NCBI GenBank assembly: GCA_964016885.1
Contig: OZ024741.1
Location: 143,158,001-143,222,000 of the forward strand
Direction of reading: 5' to 3'
Length of the DNA stretch: 64,000 nt
Origin: Eledone cirrhosa
Lineage: Eukaryota
Part shown: positions 12,872 to 28,911 of the stretch, piece after piece
How positions within the stretch are numbered: the first letter of the stretch is position 1
Layout: every line of letters begins with the position of its first letter
Translations under genes and position numbers: made by a program
The notes under the pieces: generated by a model
What the model was told of the DNA's origin: nothing
Seen by the model: the letters and a program-made list of their open reading frames with translations, nothing else
Database searches by the model: none

Positions 12872-13159
12872 CTAGCATTAAAGCCCGGCGTTGCTCGGGG
12901 TCAGTAAGTTACCAAAGTTAGGTTGCACCACCCATTTTATGGCAGCACCTTTTTGTCTGCCAGGCACTGGGTGAATGAATTGCAGATCTGGACTGCCGAA
13001 GCAGGAGCTGCGCCAGCAGTGACAATTGCAGTTTCGCCTATGGATATTATCTCTGTGCAAAGAAGTGTTGAAATTTATTGTTTCACAGTACTTGCGCAAT
13101 ACACGCATAGACGATGCCAGCCGAACAACAGAACTGCGATAGAGTTGTTCTGCATGGTT

Positions 13160-13160
<1 letters not shown>
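12872..13160 (-). mobile_element. Helitron 3'-end fragment
   Basis: Minus strand ends CCCGAGCAACGCCGGG-CTTTAATG-CTAG|T, the classic hairpin + CTAG terminus. Confidence 0.65.
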
Positions 13161-13202
<42 letters not shown>

Positions 13203-13421
13203 CATACATATATATATATATATATACATACATATATACATATACATAGATATATACACATATATACATACACATACATATATATATACACATATACATA
13301 CACATATATATATATACATACATACATATATACATATACATACATATATATATATACACATATATATATATACACATATATACATACCCATATATATATA
13401 TACATACATAAATACATACCC

Positions 13422-13454
<33 letters not shown>

Positions 13455-13743
13455 TACATACATATATACATACATATATATATACATACAAATATATATA
13501 TACATACATATATATATACATATGCCGTGAAGCTTTTATAGTGAGCAAAGGCACTGTACAAAGCCAGTCCCACTCTCTTGACCAAGATGATATTTACCAA
13601 AAAGAACAAGTCAACATCATTGGATACCATCAGGGTTGCAGGTGTTATATCAGAGTTTTCCTTCTCCTAGTATTCTGCCTTGACAAAGGCTAAGGGGTCA
13701 TCTCTCACGGATATATATATACATACATACACATATATATATA

Positions 13744-14364
13744 CATGGTGGCTGCCAACTCGTTTTCGAGTACGGCCACTACTTTATATCCATCTAGGAG
13801 AACCCCTACCGATGCGCTGAACGAGTGTGACTTCTTAGTCCAGCCAGCGATTTGAAAATTCTGGTACAAACACTACACTTGTGACAATTATTGACACATA
13901 GTGCTGGGCCCATGGTACCATGTAACGACAAGTGCAGAAAGATCTCCAGATATAAAGCAATGCCTGTACCGTGAAGCTTTTATAGTGAGAAAAGGCACTG
14001 CACAAAGCCAAAGCCAGTCCCACTCTCTTAACCAAGATAATATTTACCAAAAAGAATAACAAGTCAACATCATTGGATACCATCATGGTTGCAAGTATTA
14101 TATCAGAGTTTTCCTTCTCCTAGAATTTTGCCTTGACAAAAGTTAAGGGGTCATCTCTCCCGGTGATTTTGGATGGCCATTGACTCTTAAGAGCTCCTTT
14201 GCCCTTTGACAGGTTTTCTTTTAGTCCTGCAGGATGTCCAAAGTCACTCCTCCTCACCAAGAAACCTTGGTGGGGTTGCCAGTTTAGTCACCAACGACAC
14301 GACCATGAGATAGGTTGTACTGGGATGGATACAAGTTACCAGTAGCACCAACTGGTGACCTGAC
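13744..14364 (-). mobile_element. ~610-bp non-coding retroposon, full-length copy; partial copy at 13523-13710
   Basis: Five copies share the same left end (ATGGTGGCTGCC); the right end is variably truncated. Confidence 0.8.
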
Positions 14365-14432
14365 ATATATACAGACACATATATATATACACACACACAC
14401 ATATAGATATACACACACACACACACACAGAT

Positions 14433-14484
<52 letters not shown>

Positions 14485-14596
14485 GTGTAACGATGCGTTA
14501 TGTCCTTGAGCAAGACACTTTATTTCACGTTGCTCCTTCTACCTGGAGTTGCGACCGATAGATAGTATTAGCAATTAGAAAGACCAACGGAAACAC

Positions 14597-15028
14597 TATC
14601 TGACTAGAGTACTCCCCTGATCTATAGGTGATCAGGTGGTTGTCGGGTTTTTTAAAGTTTGTGTTACATATCGACATGTCATTGGCGTCGCAGAATTCTA
14701 GAAGTTTGAATCCTTCCTCATTACTTGTGCCAACCCCATGGCCTCCATGTACTCTATTGAAGCCGTCGCAGTGTTTACCTACGTGTCCGTTAAAATCTCC
14801 TGCGGTGATTAGGAAGTCATTGTCGTCTGTTAGAGCAGTAGTGTGCATTAGGGACTCGTAAAACCTATCCTTAAGTTTGTCTGGCAGCCCCGATTGGGGT
14901 GCGTAAGCTGATATTATTGTGGTAATTGTTTTATTCAGGACTAGTCTGAGTTTAATGATTCTTGCATTTACCCTGTTCACTGAAATTACTTTATCTACCC
15001 ACTTGTCAGCTAGTAGTATACCTACACA
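14597..15028 (-). mobile_element. RTE AP-endonuclease fragment
   Basis: VGILL...SAYAPQ...AGDFNGHVG...NTNFKK...ITYRSG. Confidence 0.9.
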
Positions 15029-15029
15029 T

Positions 15030-15320
15030 ATCATCATCATCATCGTTTAACGTCCATCTTCCACGCTTCCATGGGTTTGGACGGGAATTTTCCGACTTGA
15101 GGCAAGATTGGTTGTCTTGCTTGTATAGGACTGTCTGGCGGGTTTTCTATGGCTGGATGCTCTTCCTAACACCAACCACGTTTACAGTGTGGACTGGGAG
15201 GTTTTTACCGTGTTACCTATACAGCGTGGACTGTGTTTTTTTTTGTCGTGACACCTACACGACCTCATTTGTTTCGGACTGGATGTTGTGGTACCAACAT
15301 AACTTTACAATGAAAGGGGT
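15030..15320 (-). mobile_element. RTE 3'UTR fragment
   Basis: (ATC)n followed by the 3'UTR consensus. Confidence 0.85.
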
Positions 15321-15334
15321 ATATACATACATAA

Positions 15335-15605
15335 CAAAGGAATTGTGGTAAAGAACCAGATGGACCATAACGCACCAGAGTACTCAATACCTACGGTAGT
15401 AGAGTGGGAATTAGGAAAAAGTATGACCCCAATTGATACGCGCGCGTTTTGTAACCCGACTTGGTTACAAAACACGCGCGCCGTTCCGTCTTCCCCGCAT
15501 TGGTCGCAGCGCAAATATTAGACTGAGACCGACGACGCGTCAGACGCCGTTCGCAGCCCGCTGCGTGCGGTTGCGCGCATCAATTGGGGTCATACTTTTT
15601 CCTAA
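15335..15605 (-). mobile_element. Foldback element with 27-bp perfect inverted repeats (15411-15437 / 15579-15605), CpG-rich interior and one-sided tail
   Basis: TTAGGAAAAAGTATGACCCCAATTGAT and its reverse complement; the tail is homologous to 48727-48804. Confidence 0.75.
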
Positions 15606-15814
15606 TATACATACATATATATATACATACACACATATATATATTTACACATATATATATACATACACACATATATATATACATACACACATATATATAT
15701 ACATACACACATATATATACGTACTCATATATATACATACACACACACATATATATATACATACACACACACATACACATATATATACATACTCATATAT
15801 ATACATACACACAT

Positions 15815-15859
<45 letters not shown>

Positions 15860-15860
<1 letters not shown>

Positions 15861-17730
15861 TAAAATAACAGATTAAAGTTTAAGCAAAGAATCGCTGCTT
15901 TCATCCTTAACGGGATCTTCTGAAACTAACAAAGTCAATCTGTAAACGCAGAACTGGATATTTCAAAAAACGTTGCAAGCGGAGGAAGACAGGAAGACGA
16001 TACTTTGGTTCCTGGTAACGTTCGCTGGCAAAGAACGGGAAAAAACGAATAATACGTCATTAATAGGAGCGGTGAAAAACAATTACGCGCAAAGACAAAA
16101 CCACGTTTATGGTATAAAAGAGGTCGTAGACTAATGTTCTCTTAGGTGGTGCATAGAGACGTTCTCTGGCAATGAACGAAAAAACGAAGATAATAAGTCA
16201 TATGTGGAGCGTGGAGAACAATAGCACGTAAAGACAAAACCACGTATATGGTATAGCAGAAATCGTAGACTAAAATTCTAACTAGGAGACCAAATGAATC
16301 TCCGCTACAGAGTTAAGAACAAAGTAAATAAATACAATACAGAAGTAATAGAAACAAATAAATACATACACGCAAACAGATACGTACATACACAAGCATA
16401 CGCAAAACCTTACCATGGGTATACAAAACCACGCACATATAAATATGTGTGTGTGTGTATGCTTGTGTACAAATAAATAAATAATTATATAAGCGTATAT
16501 AAGTAAACAAGTACGTATATAACAAGCGCACACGCATACCTACATATAAATACACGAATGTTCGGAGACGTAAGTCAACTAAAACAAGAAGTACACATAT
16601 ACACACACCCACCATACGTACGAACCTGCACACTCCCGCGGACGCAAAACTCCCGTATACACATAGCCAAACCCTAAATACCAGAATATGTAAAATTATA
16701 CGCTATAACAGTCAAATATACGTACGAGAAGGTATACATACCTTCACAAAACATACGGGTAATATATACTTATCTATGCAAATAAGTAAAGGAATAAACA
16801 AAACATATACTTAGCTCCCACATCAAGACGTAAAATATCCACGTATAGATCGTGCTATCCGTTAGGGTATAACGTGGGGCTGTAATACAGGAAAGTTTTG
16901 TGCAATTTATGTTTACAAGCCGAAATTGCCTCAGATTTTTTGTTTAAGATGTGGTCTGTAGCGTAGAGTATTTCCAGGGCCTCAGCGGCGCAGAGGTCAC
17001 ATGGTCTTTTATTTCCGTTATACGATCTAGCCTTAGCTAGGATCTCCCAGTGTAACTTATATTGGGTGTGGTTGTCTTTTAGACTCCAGATATAAGCTGA
17101 AAGTGACGTCATATTCCTTCTTAGAGGGTAACGAAAAGAATGGGTGTGCATGTAAAGACGCTGCTTGAAACTATTGGCGGTTAACCCTATGTAGGCCCTA
17201 CGGGACGTGGGTGTTACAACCTTACATTTGTAGACAATGTTACTAGAGAGGCATTTCCCGGATAGGGGGCAATCAGCCCGATTCCTACAATTAAAGTTAG
17301 TACTAACTACAGGGTTGCACGTGTTCCTACGGCTAGGTAGTTTAGCTAAATTTGAAGCTGTGATGTTATGTGCAAGGTTAGGAGTCGTAGAGTAAGAAAT
17401 TTTAATAGTATTTCTATTAAAAATTTTACTATATTTATGTGTAGGGGGAAAATGCTTCGTAATAAGGGAAAGAAAGATCTTAGCTAATGGTGTGGCCACC
17501 TCCATATTATATGGTGGGTTAAACCAACAAATGCGACGGGATCTATTTCTTCTAGGTCTATTTTTGTACTCTGTATATGCTACCACTTCGAGCAAGAGCT
17601 TCATTGTAATAAGTGGAATGGTCGTTGAAAATGCGCTCGTTGGTGGAAAGACGGGAAAGCCTCAACGAAACGTTTCTTACCAGGTTCTTGGTTATGCTGG
17701 CAGGATGGTTGGAATGAAGCATTCCAACCA
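15860..17730 (-). mobile_element. Penelope-like element, 5'-truncated; RT thumb remnant plus GIY-YIG endonuclease (ORF 16855-17604)
   Basis: SNHP...RLSRLS...YYNEAL; WFNPPY, KIFNRNTIKISYS, NCR...CPLSGKC, IVYKC...YIGLT...FKQR...H, CDLC..E. Confidence 0.88.
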
Positions 17731-17760
17731 TATATATATACATACATACATACATACATA

Positions 17761-17797
<37 letters not shown>

Positions 17798-18840
17798 GTT
17801 TAACGTCCCTGTTCCACGCTTGCATGGGTTTGGACGGGGGTTTTCCCACTTGAGGCAAGAGTGGTTGTCTTGCTCGCATAGGACTGTCTGGCGTGTTTTC
17901 TACAGCTGGATGCCCTTCCTAACACCAACCACATTTACAGTGTGGGACTGGGAGGTTTTTACCATGTTGCCTACATGGCCACAATACAGCGTGGACTGTG
18001 TGTTTTTTTGTCGTGACACCTACCCGATCTGGATGTTGTGGCACCAACATAACTTTACATTGAAGGGGGTGGTGTGGATGGGGTGGGACGGGGGTGTATT
18101 TTGTTAGAGATGCCTACTGACTAGTAGGTTTTACTTTGTATTTAGGTAAGGCGGGTCTTCTCTGTTACTGAGTACCACCAAAGGTCTCGGTCCAGTGACA
18201 CTGTCTTGGAGAGGTGTAAGATCGGAATTCATCAGCTCGTCCCAGGTTTTCCTGGGTCTGCCTACTCCGTGGCTACCATCTATCTTTATTGCCCTGCACT
18301 TTGTTATACAGCTGTCGTCTTTCATGCGCATCACGTGACCATACCAACGTAGCCTTCTCTCGAGTAAACAACATCTGATCCCTCTTATTTCTAATTTTTT
18401 CCTTAGTTCGTTTATGCTTTGCCGTTCACGTATATTACTATTACACATCCAGCGGAGCATGCAAGCTTCGTTCCTCTCTAGTCTGCGTATATCCTCTGCA
18501 CACAATGCCCAGGTCTCACTGCCATGCAACATTGCTGTTCGTATGCAGGCATCATACAACCTGCCTTTCATTTTTAGGGAGAACCCTTTAGCGGCTAATA
18601 GTGGTATAAGCTCTCTGAACTTTTTCCATCCAGTTCTGACTCTAGCTACTTTACTTTCAGAGCACCCTCCCCCACTGCTGATTTTGTCAGCCAGGTAACG
18701 GAAGCTGTCCACTATTTTTATAGAACCCTCTGCGCAATTGAAAGAGTTAGTATTTTGTGGGCACTTGCTGCTACTTATTGCACCAGAGCACCGGCCACAT
18801 GTAAAATCTGTGTTCTTAGTTAGCTTACCTGTGATCCCAC
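17761..18840 (-). mobile_element. RTE-A, 5'-truncated inside the PHD finger
   Basis: ORF 18131-18850 followed by 3'UTR; a further 3'UTR piece lies at 18850-19065. Confidence 0.9.
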
Positions 18841-19079
18841 ATACATACATATCATCATCATCGCTAGTATGGGTTAGACGGGAGTTGTGCCACTTGAGGC
18901 AAGGTTGGTCGGGTGACCGTGTCTCGCTCGTATAGGACTATCTGGCAGGCTTTCTACGGCTGGATGCCCTTCCTAACACCAACCACATTTACAGTGTGGA
19001 ACTGGGAACTTTTTACCGTGTTACCTACACCGCCACATTACAGCTTGGACTGTGAGTAGTTTTTTTTATACATATATAC

Positions 19080-19112
<33 letters not shown>

Positions 19113-19572
19113 CATGGTGGCTGCCAACTCATTTTCAAGTACGGCCACTACTTTATATCCATGTAGGAAAACCCCTACCGATGCGCTGAACGGGTGTGAC
19201 TTTTTAGTCCAGCCAGCGACTTGAAAATTCTGGTACAAACACTACACCTGTGACAATTATTGACACATAGTGCTGGGCCCATGGTACCATGTGATGACAA
19301 GTGCAGGGAGATCTCCAGATATAAAGCAATGCCTGTGCCGTGAAGCTTTTATAGTGAGCAAAGGCACTGCACAAAGCCAGCCCCACTCTCTTAACCAAGA
19401 TGATATTTACCAAAAAGAAGAACAAGCAACATCATTGGATACCATCAGGGTTGCAGGTGTTATATCAGAGTTTTCCTTCTCCAAGAATTCTGCCTTGACA
19501 AAGGCTAAGGGGTCATCTCTCCCGTTGATTTTGGATGGCCATTGACTCTTAAGAGCTCCTTTGCCCTTTGCC
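19113..19572 (-). mobile_element. ~610-bp retroposon, 5'-truncated
   Basis: Homologous to 13744-14364. Confidence 0.8.
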
Positions 19573-19640
19573 ATATATATATATATATATACATATATAT
19601 ATACATACACACATATATATATATATATACATATATACAT

Positions 19641-19986
19641 GGAGGCACATGGCATAGTGGTTAGAGCATTGGCCTTGCAATCGAAAGGTTGTGAGTTCAA
19701 TTCTCAGACTGGGTGATGTGTTGTTTCCTTGAGCAAGGCACTTTATTTCACATTGCTCCAGTTTACTCAGCTGTAGAAATGAGATGATAGGGACTGGTGT
19801 CCCTATCATTCCACTGTAAAGTGGTCGTGGAGGTGCCACGGCAAAAAAGCACCCAGCACTCACTGTAAATGAGGTTGGTGTTAGGAAGGGCATCCAGCTG
19901 TAGAAATCAAGCCAGCATCAGTTCCCATCCCACCCTTGCAAGCAGGGAAAAAGCGGATGTAAAATGAAATGAAATGATGATGATGA
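19641..19986 (+). mobile_element. Full-length tRNA-derived SINE with CORE-like centre and RTE-derived 3' tail
   Basis: A box TGGCATAGTGG, B box GAGTTCAATTC and CORE-like CCTTGAGCAAGGCACTT. GGTTGGTGTTAGGAAGGGCATCCAGCTGTAGAAA and CCCACCCTTGCAAGCAGGGAAAAGCGGA...(GAT)n are shared with the RTE 3' ends. Confidence 0.88.
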
Positions 19987-20047
19987 CATATATATATACA
20001 TCAAAATAAAGATCCGAAGGCATGGTATACATTTTCAATCATTTTAA

Positions 20048-20119
20048 TCACGACACGTTTCAATAAGAGATAGATTGATCGTGCGGCCATGATCGATTAT
20101 CACTGATCTCGTCAGGTGA
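20048..20119 (-). ncRNA. Minimal type-I hammerhead ribozyme with long stem II
   Basis: TCAC-CTGACGA-(47 nt)-GAAA-CGT-GTC-GTGA. Confidence 0.65.
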
Positions 20120-22124
20120 AAATGAATTGTCTTCAAATCCTTGATATGAGGGAGAAAATTTAACGATCTTCACTCACTAGAATTTTGTCCCCTATATGAA
20201 GCTTCAGCAGCCTAAATACGCCGACTGCTAACGTTCTCAGTTAGGGTCATAAAACTATCAAGGCTCTATCTCTCAATAGCTGTAAAAGACGCTGGACGAG
20301 TCTAATCTCAACACCAAATCTTTAGAATTACAGTCGGTCACAGTTAGTGTGAGTACACACACACTCACACACACCAACGCGAGGTAGGATCTTGAATTAT
20401 TATAATAGCGCCCTGGAAACGTCCATTAAATTGTAGTAGCAACATTGCCTGCGATAGCTTAGGCCAAAATAGTGACACTTTAGTTAACAGCAGGCGGGAG
20501 GCGAGGGAGGATCAATATAGACTTCATGTTGTATTGTCTCCAAGTCCCAATGTCGATGGTACCAATGGAAACAATCACCCAGCTCCAAACACGGGGTCCG
20601 AGCACCATACTGCCAGCGGAAACTCTAATTGTAACCTTAATTGTAGAACTGATAAAACAACCGTCGAACGTAAAATGGAACGGGAGTCGGGTAGAGGGAA
20701 TAGGGATAAATGTAGGAGGCGCATAGTGGATATAACCCTGGCTATCGAGGGTAATCCCAATAACTGCATGGTGGGGTACACCGCCCTGGAGATTTGGGAC
20801 GATTTCGAACACCATCTGGACACCCCAAGACACCATCGACCCACAGGCAGTTATCAGTTCTAATAGACCAGTAGCAACCAAGGAGATAGGTAACACTAGT
20901 ATAGATAAGAACAAGAGGCATCGGACCAGAAAAATCCTGTGGTACAACCCCCCCACACTCCACCGGCCTGACCATGAGTATAGCTAAGCTTTTCTTTAGG
21001 GCCTTAGACAAATGCTTCCCTAGATCACATAGATACTATAAAATATTCAATAGGAACACCATCAAGCAGTTGTACTCCACAACCAGTAACATAGCTCAGA
21101 ATATAGCTAAGATGAATTATAGTAGACTTAGGACAGCCCAAAGCGGGATGAGACATGGCAGAATTAATGGCAGCTCTATGGATGAACGGACTCACACGCA
21201 TGAGGCGAGTTGGGTCACCCCAACCTCTGGGAACTTACCCATAGAGCAGACAAGAACTGAGACCCGACACCAGAGGTACCGTGGTTCCTCTGGAACTACC
21301 CAGGTCGATAACAGAAAATGTAATTGCAGGAACACCGCCACTTGCCCCATGGCTGGGAAATGCCTCATCAAAAACATAGTCTACGACTAAGGTTTCCACT
21401 TTAGATAGAACCTTCAGGTATGTTGGGGCAACTGCCACTGAATTTAAGGATAGATGGTATAATCACCGCCATACCTTTAATAGATTAGATTAAAAAAATA
21501 GCACAGCGTTTTCTGAATTAGTCTGGAAGCTTAAACAACAGATTATAGAGCATTCCTTATCCTGGTCCATAATTTGCTCAGCCCAGCTTTATAACGGCAG
21601 CACGGACGTCTGTAATTTATGTATAGCTGAAACCTTTAATATTATTAGAGGTGGCCCCCTATTAATCAATTAGAGAGCGGATTTTTTCAGCAACTGCCAA
21701 CATAGAACCTCGAAAACCTTCCGCAGGATTTTTGGAAAGTAACCTACCACTAACTCCTCCCTTTCTACCTTAGCCATAGAGTTCTCTTAATTAGCAAAAA
21801 AACAGACAATCACACACTCAGGTAGTAGACAGCTGTACAAATGGTACTTGGTTTGTTTCCACAGAGTTCTCACAGCTGAGTGCACATTTACCACTACTTT
21901 AGAATACCTAGTTAGTAAATAGTTAGAATGATTACACACTCAGTTAAGACCGATTACGCTCTATATACATGACTCTACACACAGTACCCAGTTTCTTTAG
22001 ACACAGAGTTCCCACAGATATGACTGGTCACGATCCTATTAATTGAACACTACACTAGGTTTTGATCCGTGATCATCTAACCATGAAGTGCTCACGGTTA
22101 CTGATTGGACAATATTACTTAGAC

Positions 22125-22275
22125 ATGCTTTCCAGCGTAGTTACATCCCTTTACGATCTGAGTTCAAATCCCGCTGAGGTTAACTTTGCCTTTCATCCTT
22201 ACGGGGTCGATAAAATAAAGTACCAGTAATACACTGGGATAATTGCTGGCCTTGTGCCAAAAGTAGAAACAATTA
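22125..22275 (+). mobile_element. Second SINE family, nested in the PLE
   Basis: GAGTTCAAATCC B box followed by GCCTTTCATCCTTACGGGGTCGATAAAATAAAGTACCAG; matches 39960-40143. Confidence 0.8.
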
Positions 22276-23058
22276 CTTACACACCATTAATGGGCTTACA
22301 CACATCCTCGGGGTTTTGCTATTCTTTTTTATTTTATTTTATTTCTGTGTTTGGTAACACACCACCACCCAAACACCTATCTTAAAATCCCAAGGGCCCA
22401 TATGACGGGAAAACGCACATACTGACACTTTAACTCAAATACCCAACCCTACACAGAGCCCCTTGGTGGCCTACATGGTGGTTGCTTTCACACACAGATT
22501 TAGGGACTTAGATTCTCAATGGGACAACGGCACATACAGAGTTCGATATGAGCTGACAACTTGCTCTTCACATGGATGTGTATATACCAAAATATACACT
22601 TTTTTAGACGATACAGATGTGTATATACCAAAACACACTATTTACAATTCAATCGATACACGTATAGTAGAACATTGAACTGAATTTACTTGCGTGTGCA
22701 AAATTGAGATTTGACCAAGATAACATTTGTTGTTTTGTAAACTAACTTTCAGTGAATACTATGTTGGTTTGTATATATATATATTTTTTCTTCGACCTCG
22801 TGTCAGTGTGTATGAGTGTGTGTACTCACTCACACTAACTGTGACCGACTGTAATTCTAAAGATTTGATGTTGAGATTAGACCCGTCCAGCGTCTTTTAC
22901 AGCTATTGAGAGATAGAGACTTGATAGTTTTATGACCATAACTGAGGACATAGCAGTCGGCGTGTTTTGGCTGCTTAATTTTCATATGAGCAAAACTCTA
23001 GTGAGTGAACACCGTTAAATTTTCTCCCTCGTATCAAGGATTTGAAGACAATTCATTT

Positions 23059-23130
23059 TCACCTGATGAGATCAGTGATAATCGATCATGGCCGCATGAT
23101 AGATCTATCTCTTATTGAAACGTGTCGTCA
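23059..23130 (+). ncRNA. Minimal hammerhead ribozyme (sense pLTR copy)
   Basis: CTGATGA at 23063-23069, GAAA at 23117-23120, then CGT-GTC; stem I has one mismatch. Confidence 0.6.
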
Positions 23131-23322
23131 CCAAAATGATTGGAAATTTATACCATGCCTTTGGATCTTTATTTTGATACAAATACTCCGTTTTACATCA
23201 TCTAGCTGTTCCCATAAATGGAATTGGAGATAGACAAAAGTGTGGTGAACTTAATATTGGTAACAAAAGTTTACTGGACCGTATGACACAACCAATAATA
23301 CACCTAATAATATATATATATA

Positions 23323-23977
23323 CTTCTCTCTAAAAATGAAAGCTAGATTGTATGATGCCTGTATACGAACAGCAATGCTACATGGCAGTGAGACATGGGC
23401 ATTACGTGCAGAGGACCTGTGTGGACCGGAAAGGAACGAAGCATGCATGCTCCGTTGGATGTGTAATAGTAATATACGTGAATGGCAAGGCATAAATGAG
23501 CTAAGTGAGAAATTAGGAATAAGGGCATCAGATGCTGTTTACTTGAGAGAAGACTACGTTGGTATGGTCACGTGATGCACATGAAAGACAGTTGCATAAA
23601 AAAGTGCAGGGCGATCAAAATTGATGGTAGTTACGGAGTAGGTAGACCCAGAAAAACCTGGAATGATCTGATAAATTCCGACCTCACACACTTACATCTC
23701 TCTAAGACAATGTCTCTGGACCGAGACCTTTGGCGTTACGCAATAATACAGAAGACCCGCCTTGCTTATGTACAAAGCGAAACCTACAGTCAGTAGGCAC
23801 CTTTTAACCAAATATACACCCCAATCTACTACCCCTACCCTATCCTCCCACTCCCACCAACAGCACGAGAAAATGAGATCGAGTTTGTGTAGGTGTCACG
23901 ACAAAAAACACACAGTCCACGCTGTAATGTGGCCGTGTAAGTAACATGGTAAAAAGTTCCCAGTTACACTGTAAATG
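23323..23977 (+). mobile_element. Decayed RTE 3' fragment
   Basis: ORFs 23336-23575 and 23572-23796. Confidence 0.88.
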
Positions 23978-24445
23978 TATATATATATATAAATATATAT
24001 ACATACATATATATAAATATATATACATACATATATATAAATATATATATATACGTATATATAAATATATATACATACGTATATATATATATATATATAC
24101 ATACATATATATATATATAAATATATAAATATATATATATACATAAATATATATATATACATACATATATATATAAATATATAGATATACATAAATATAT
24201 ATATACATACATATATATATATATAAATATATATATATAAATATATATATATATACATAAATATATATATATAAATATATATATATACATAAATATATAT
24301 ATATACATACATATATATATAAATATATATATATATAAATATATATATATACAAATATATATATATACATACATACATATATATAAATATATATATAAAT
24401 ATATATATATATAAATATATACATACATATATATATATAAATATA

Positions 24446-25269
24446 TAGGAACGAGTAGGACCCCGACAGCTGAGCTCAAGCCGTTTCGACAGCTAATTCT
24501 GGACTAAATGAAAATTTTTATCCTGGTATATGAATAGCTGAGCTTCTCAGGTGGTAATTCCATATATGGTAAAAGTGATTATCACAATGATTGGTCAAAA
24601 GTTTGTTGTTGAGACATAATTCTATCATGGCAATTTGTGGGAGGGAGGGGTAGCTGAACCTGCCAGTAGAAGAAAGAGGGAGAGGGAGTGGAGGAAACCC
24701 ACTCATGCGTTGATAGTGCCAACTACAGCAGGGCAGGAGGTCAAGCAAGTATACTAGAGAGGGGGAGGAAGTCAAACAAAAAGTAAATCAATATGGAGTA
24801 AATATATAGAAGAATACCAAGAATGTTAAAAATATAAAAAAAACAAAAAAAAAACAATTTCTGGTTACTATTCCCTAACGACAGTCATCAATTCTCTCAC
24901 TGGTACTGATAAACTATAGAAAAGTTTACTAGGTGGGACGGAATTGTAAAGAGACCATTTAAGAGTTAGTAGTAATCAACCAAGTATATCTTGGTGACAG
25001 GTCAACAAGTGGGGGGCCAAAATACTAAAGAAACTACCACAAAATAATAATTCAGAGTCCGGAAACTAATACAAAATAATGCCTCCACCCTAGGCACAAG
25101 GCCAGCAACCACCCAGTGCAAAAAATAAACTAATACGAAATAATAATTCAGAATCCCGAAAATGAATACTAATACTATCTCTAAGGGTGCCGCTACGATA
25201 CAAAAATTCTAGTGCAAACGACAATAAATGCTCGTACAAGGTATATGAAAAATTTGATACGGAAAATTT

Positions 25270-25270
<1 letters not shown>
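24446..25270. mobile_element. Long single arm of the TAGGAA-ended family
   Basis: The first ~370 bp align to 6241-6610 and start at the same TAGGAA boundary. Confidence 0.7.
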
Positions 25271-28548
<3,278 letters not shown>

Positions 28549-28555
<7 letters not shown>

Positions 28556-28911
28556 GTGAGGTTTTTTTTACAAAATGAAAAATAACCGAGGTGTCCTACA
28601 CGAGTGGAAGTATAAAGAAAATGGGATGAAATCGAAAATGCAACTGAAGTCTTATTTTTTTTAAAAAATATATATATTTATTTGGTTCCTTTACCGGTTT
28701 CGCAGTTCTTCTGCTTTTCAAAAGGTGAGTTGAGATGGAGGGTCTGTGAGGGATGTGAGAAAAACCACATGTGAGAAAAACCACAGACCCTCCATCTCAA
28801 CTCACCTTTTGAAAAGCAGAAGAACTGCGAAACCGGTAAAGGAACCAAATAAATATATATATTTTTTAAAAAAATAAGACTTCAGTTGCATTTTCGATTT
28901 CATCCCTTTTT

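Larger units (their letters stand above)
20000..23320 (+). mobile_element. Penelope-like element with inverted ~380-bp pLTRs (20000-20385 / 22795-23179), decayed GIY-YIG ORF (~20390-21740) and 3' tail
   Basis: NYYNSALETS, ILWYNPPH, KIFNRNTIK, CNCRNTATCPMAGKCL, then YVGATATEFKDRWYNH after a frame break; hammerhead motif in each pLTR. Confidence 0.88.

Noticed and set aside
12900-13160. Hidden CDK12 exon or Helitron helicase end (HAEQLY)
   Set aside because: No convincing protein similarity or splice signals.
15885-15930. Hammerhead-like CAGAAGA...GAAA on the minus strand at the PLE end
   Set aside because: U4 is altered and stems I and III do not pair; at most a relic.
19641-19715. tRNA gene
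   Set aside because: It is a SINE head; the acceptor stem is not formed and it continues into the CORE-like body.
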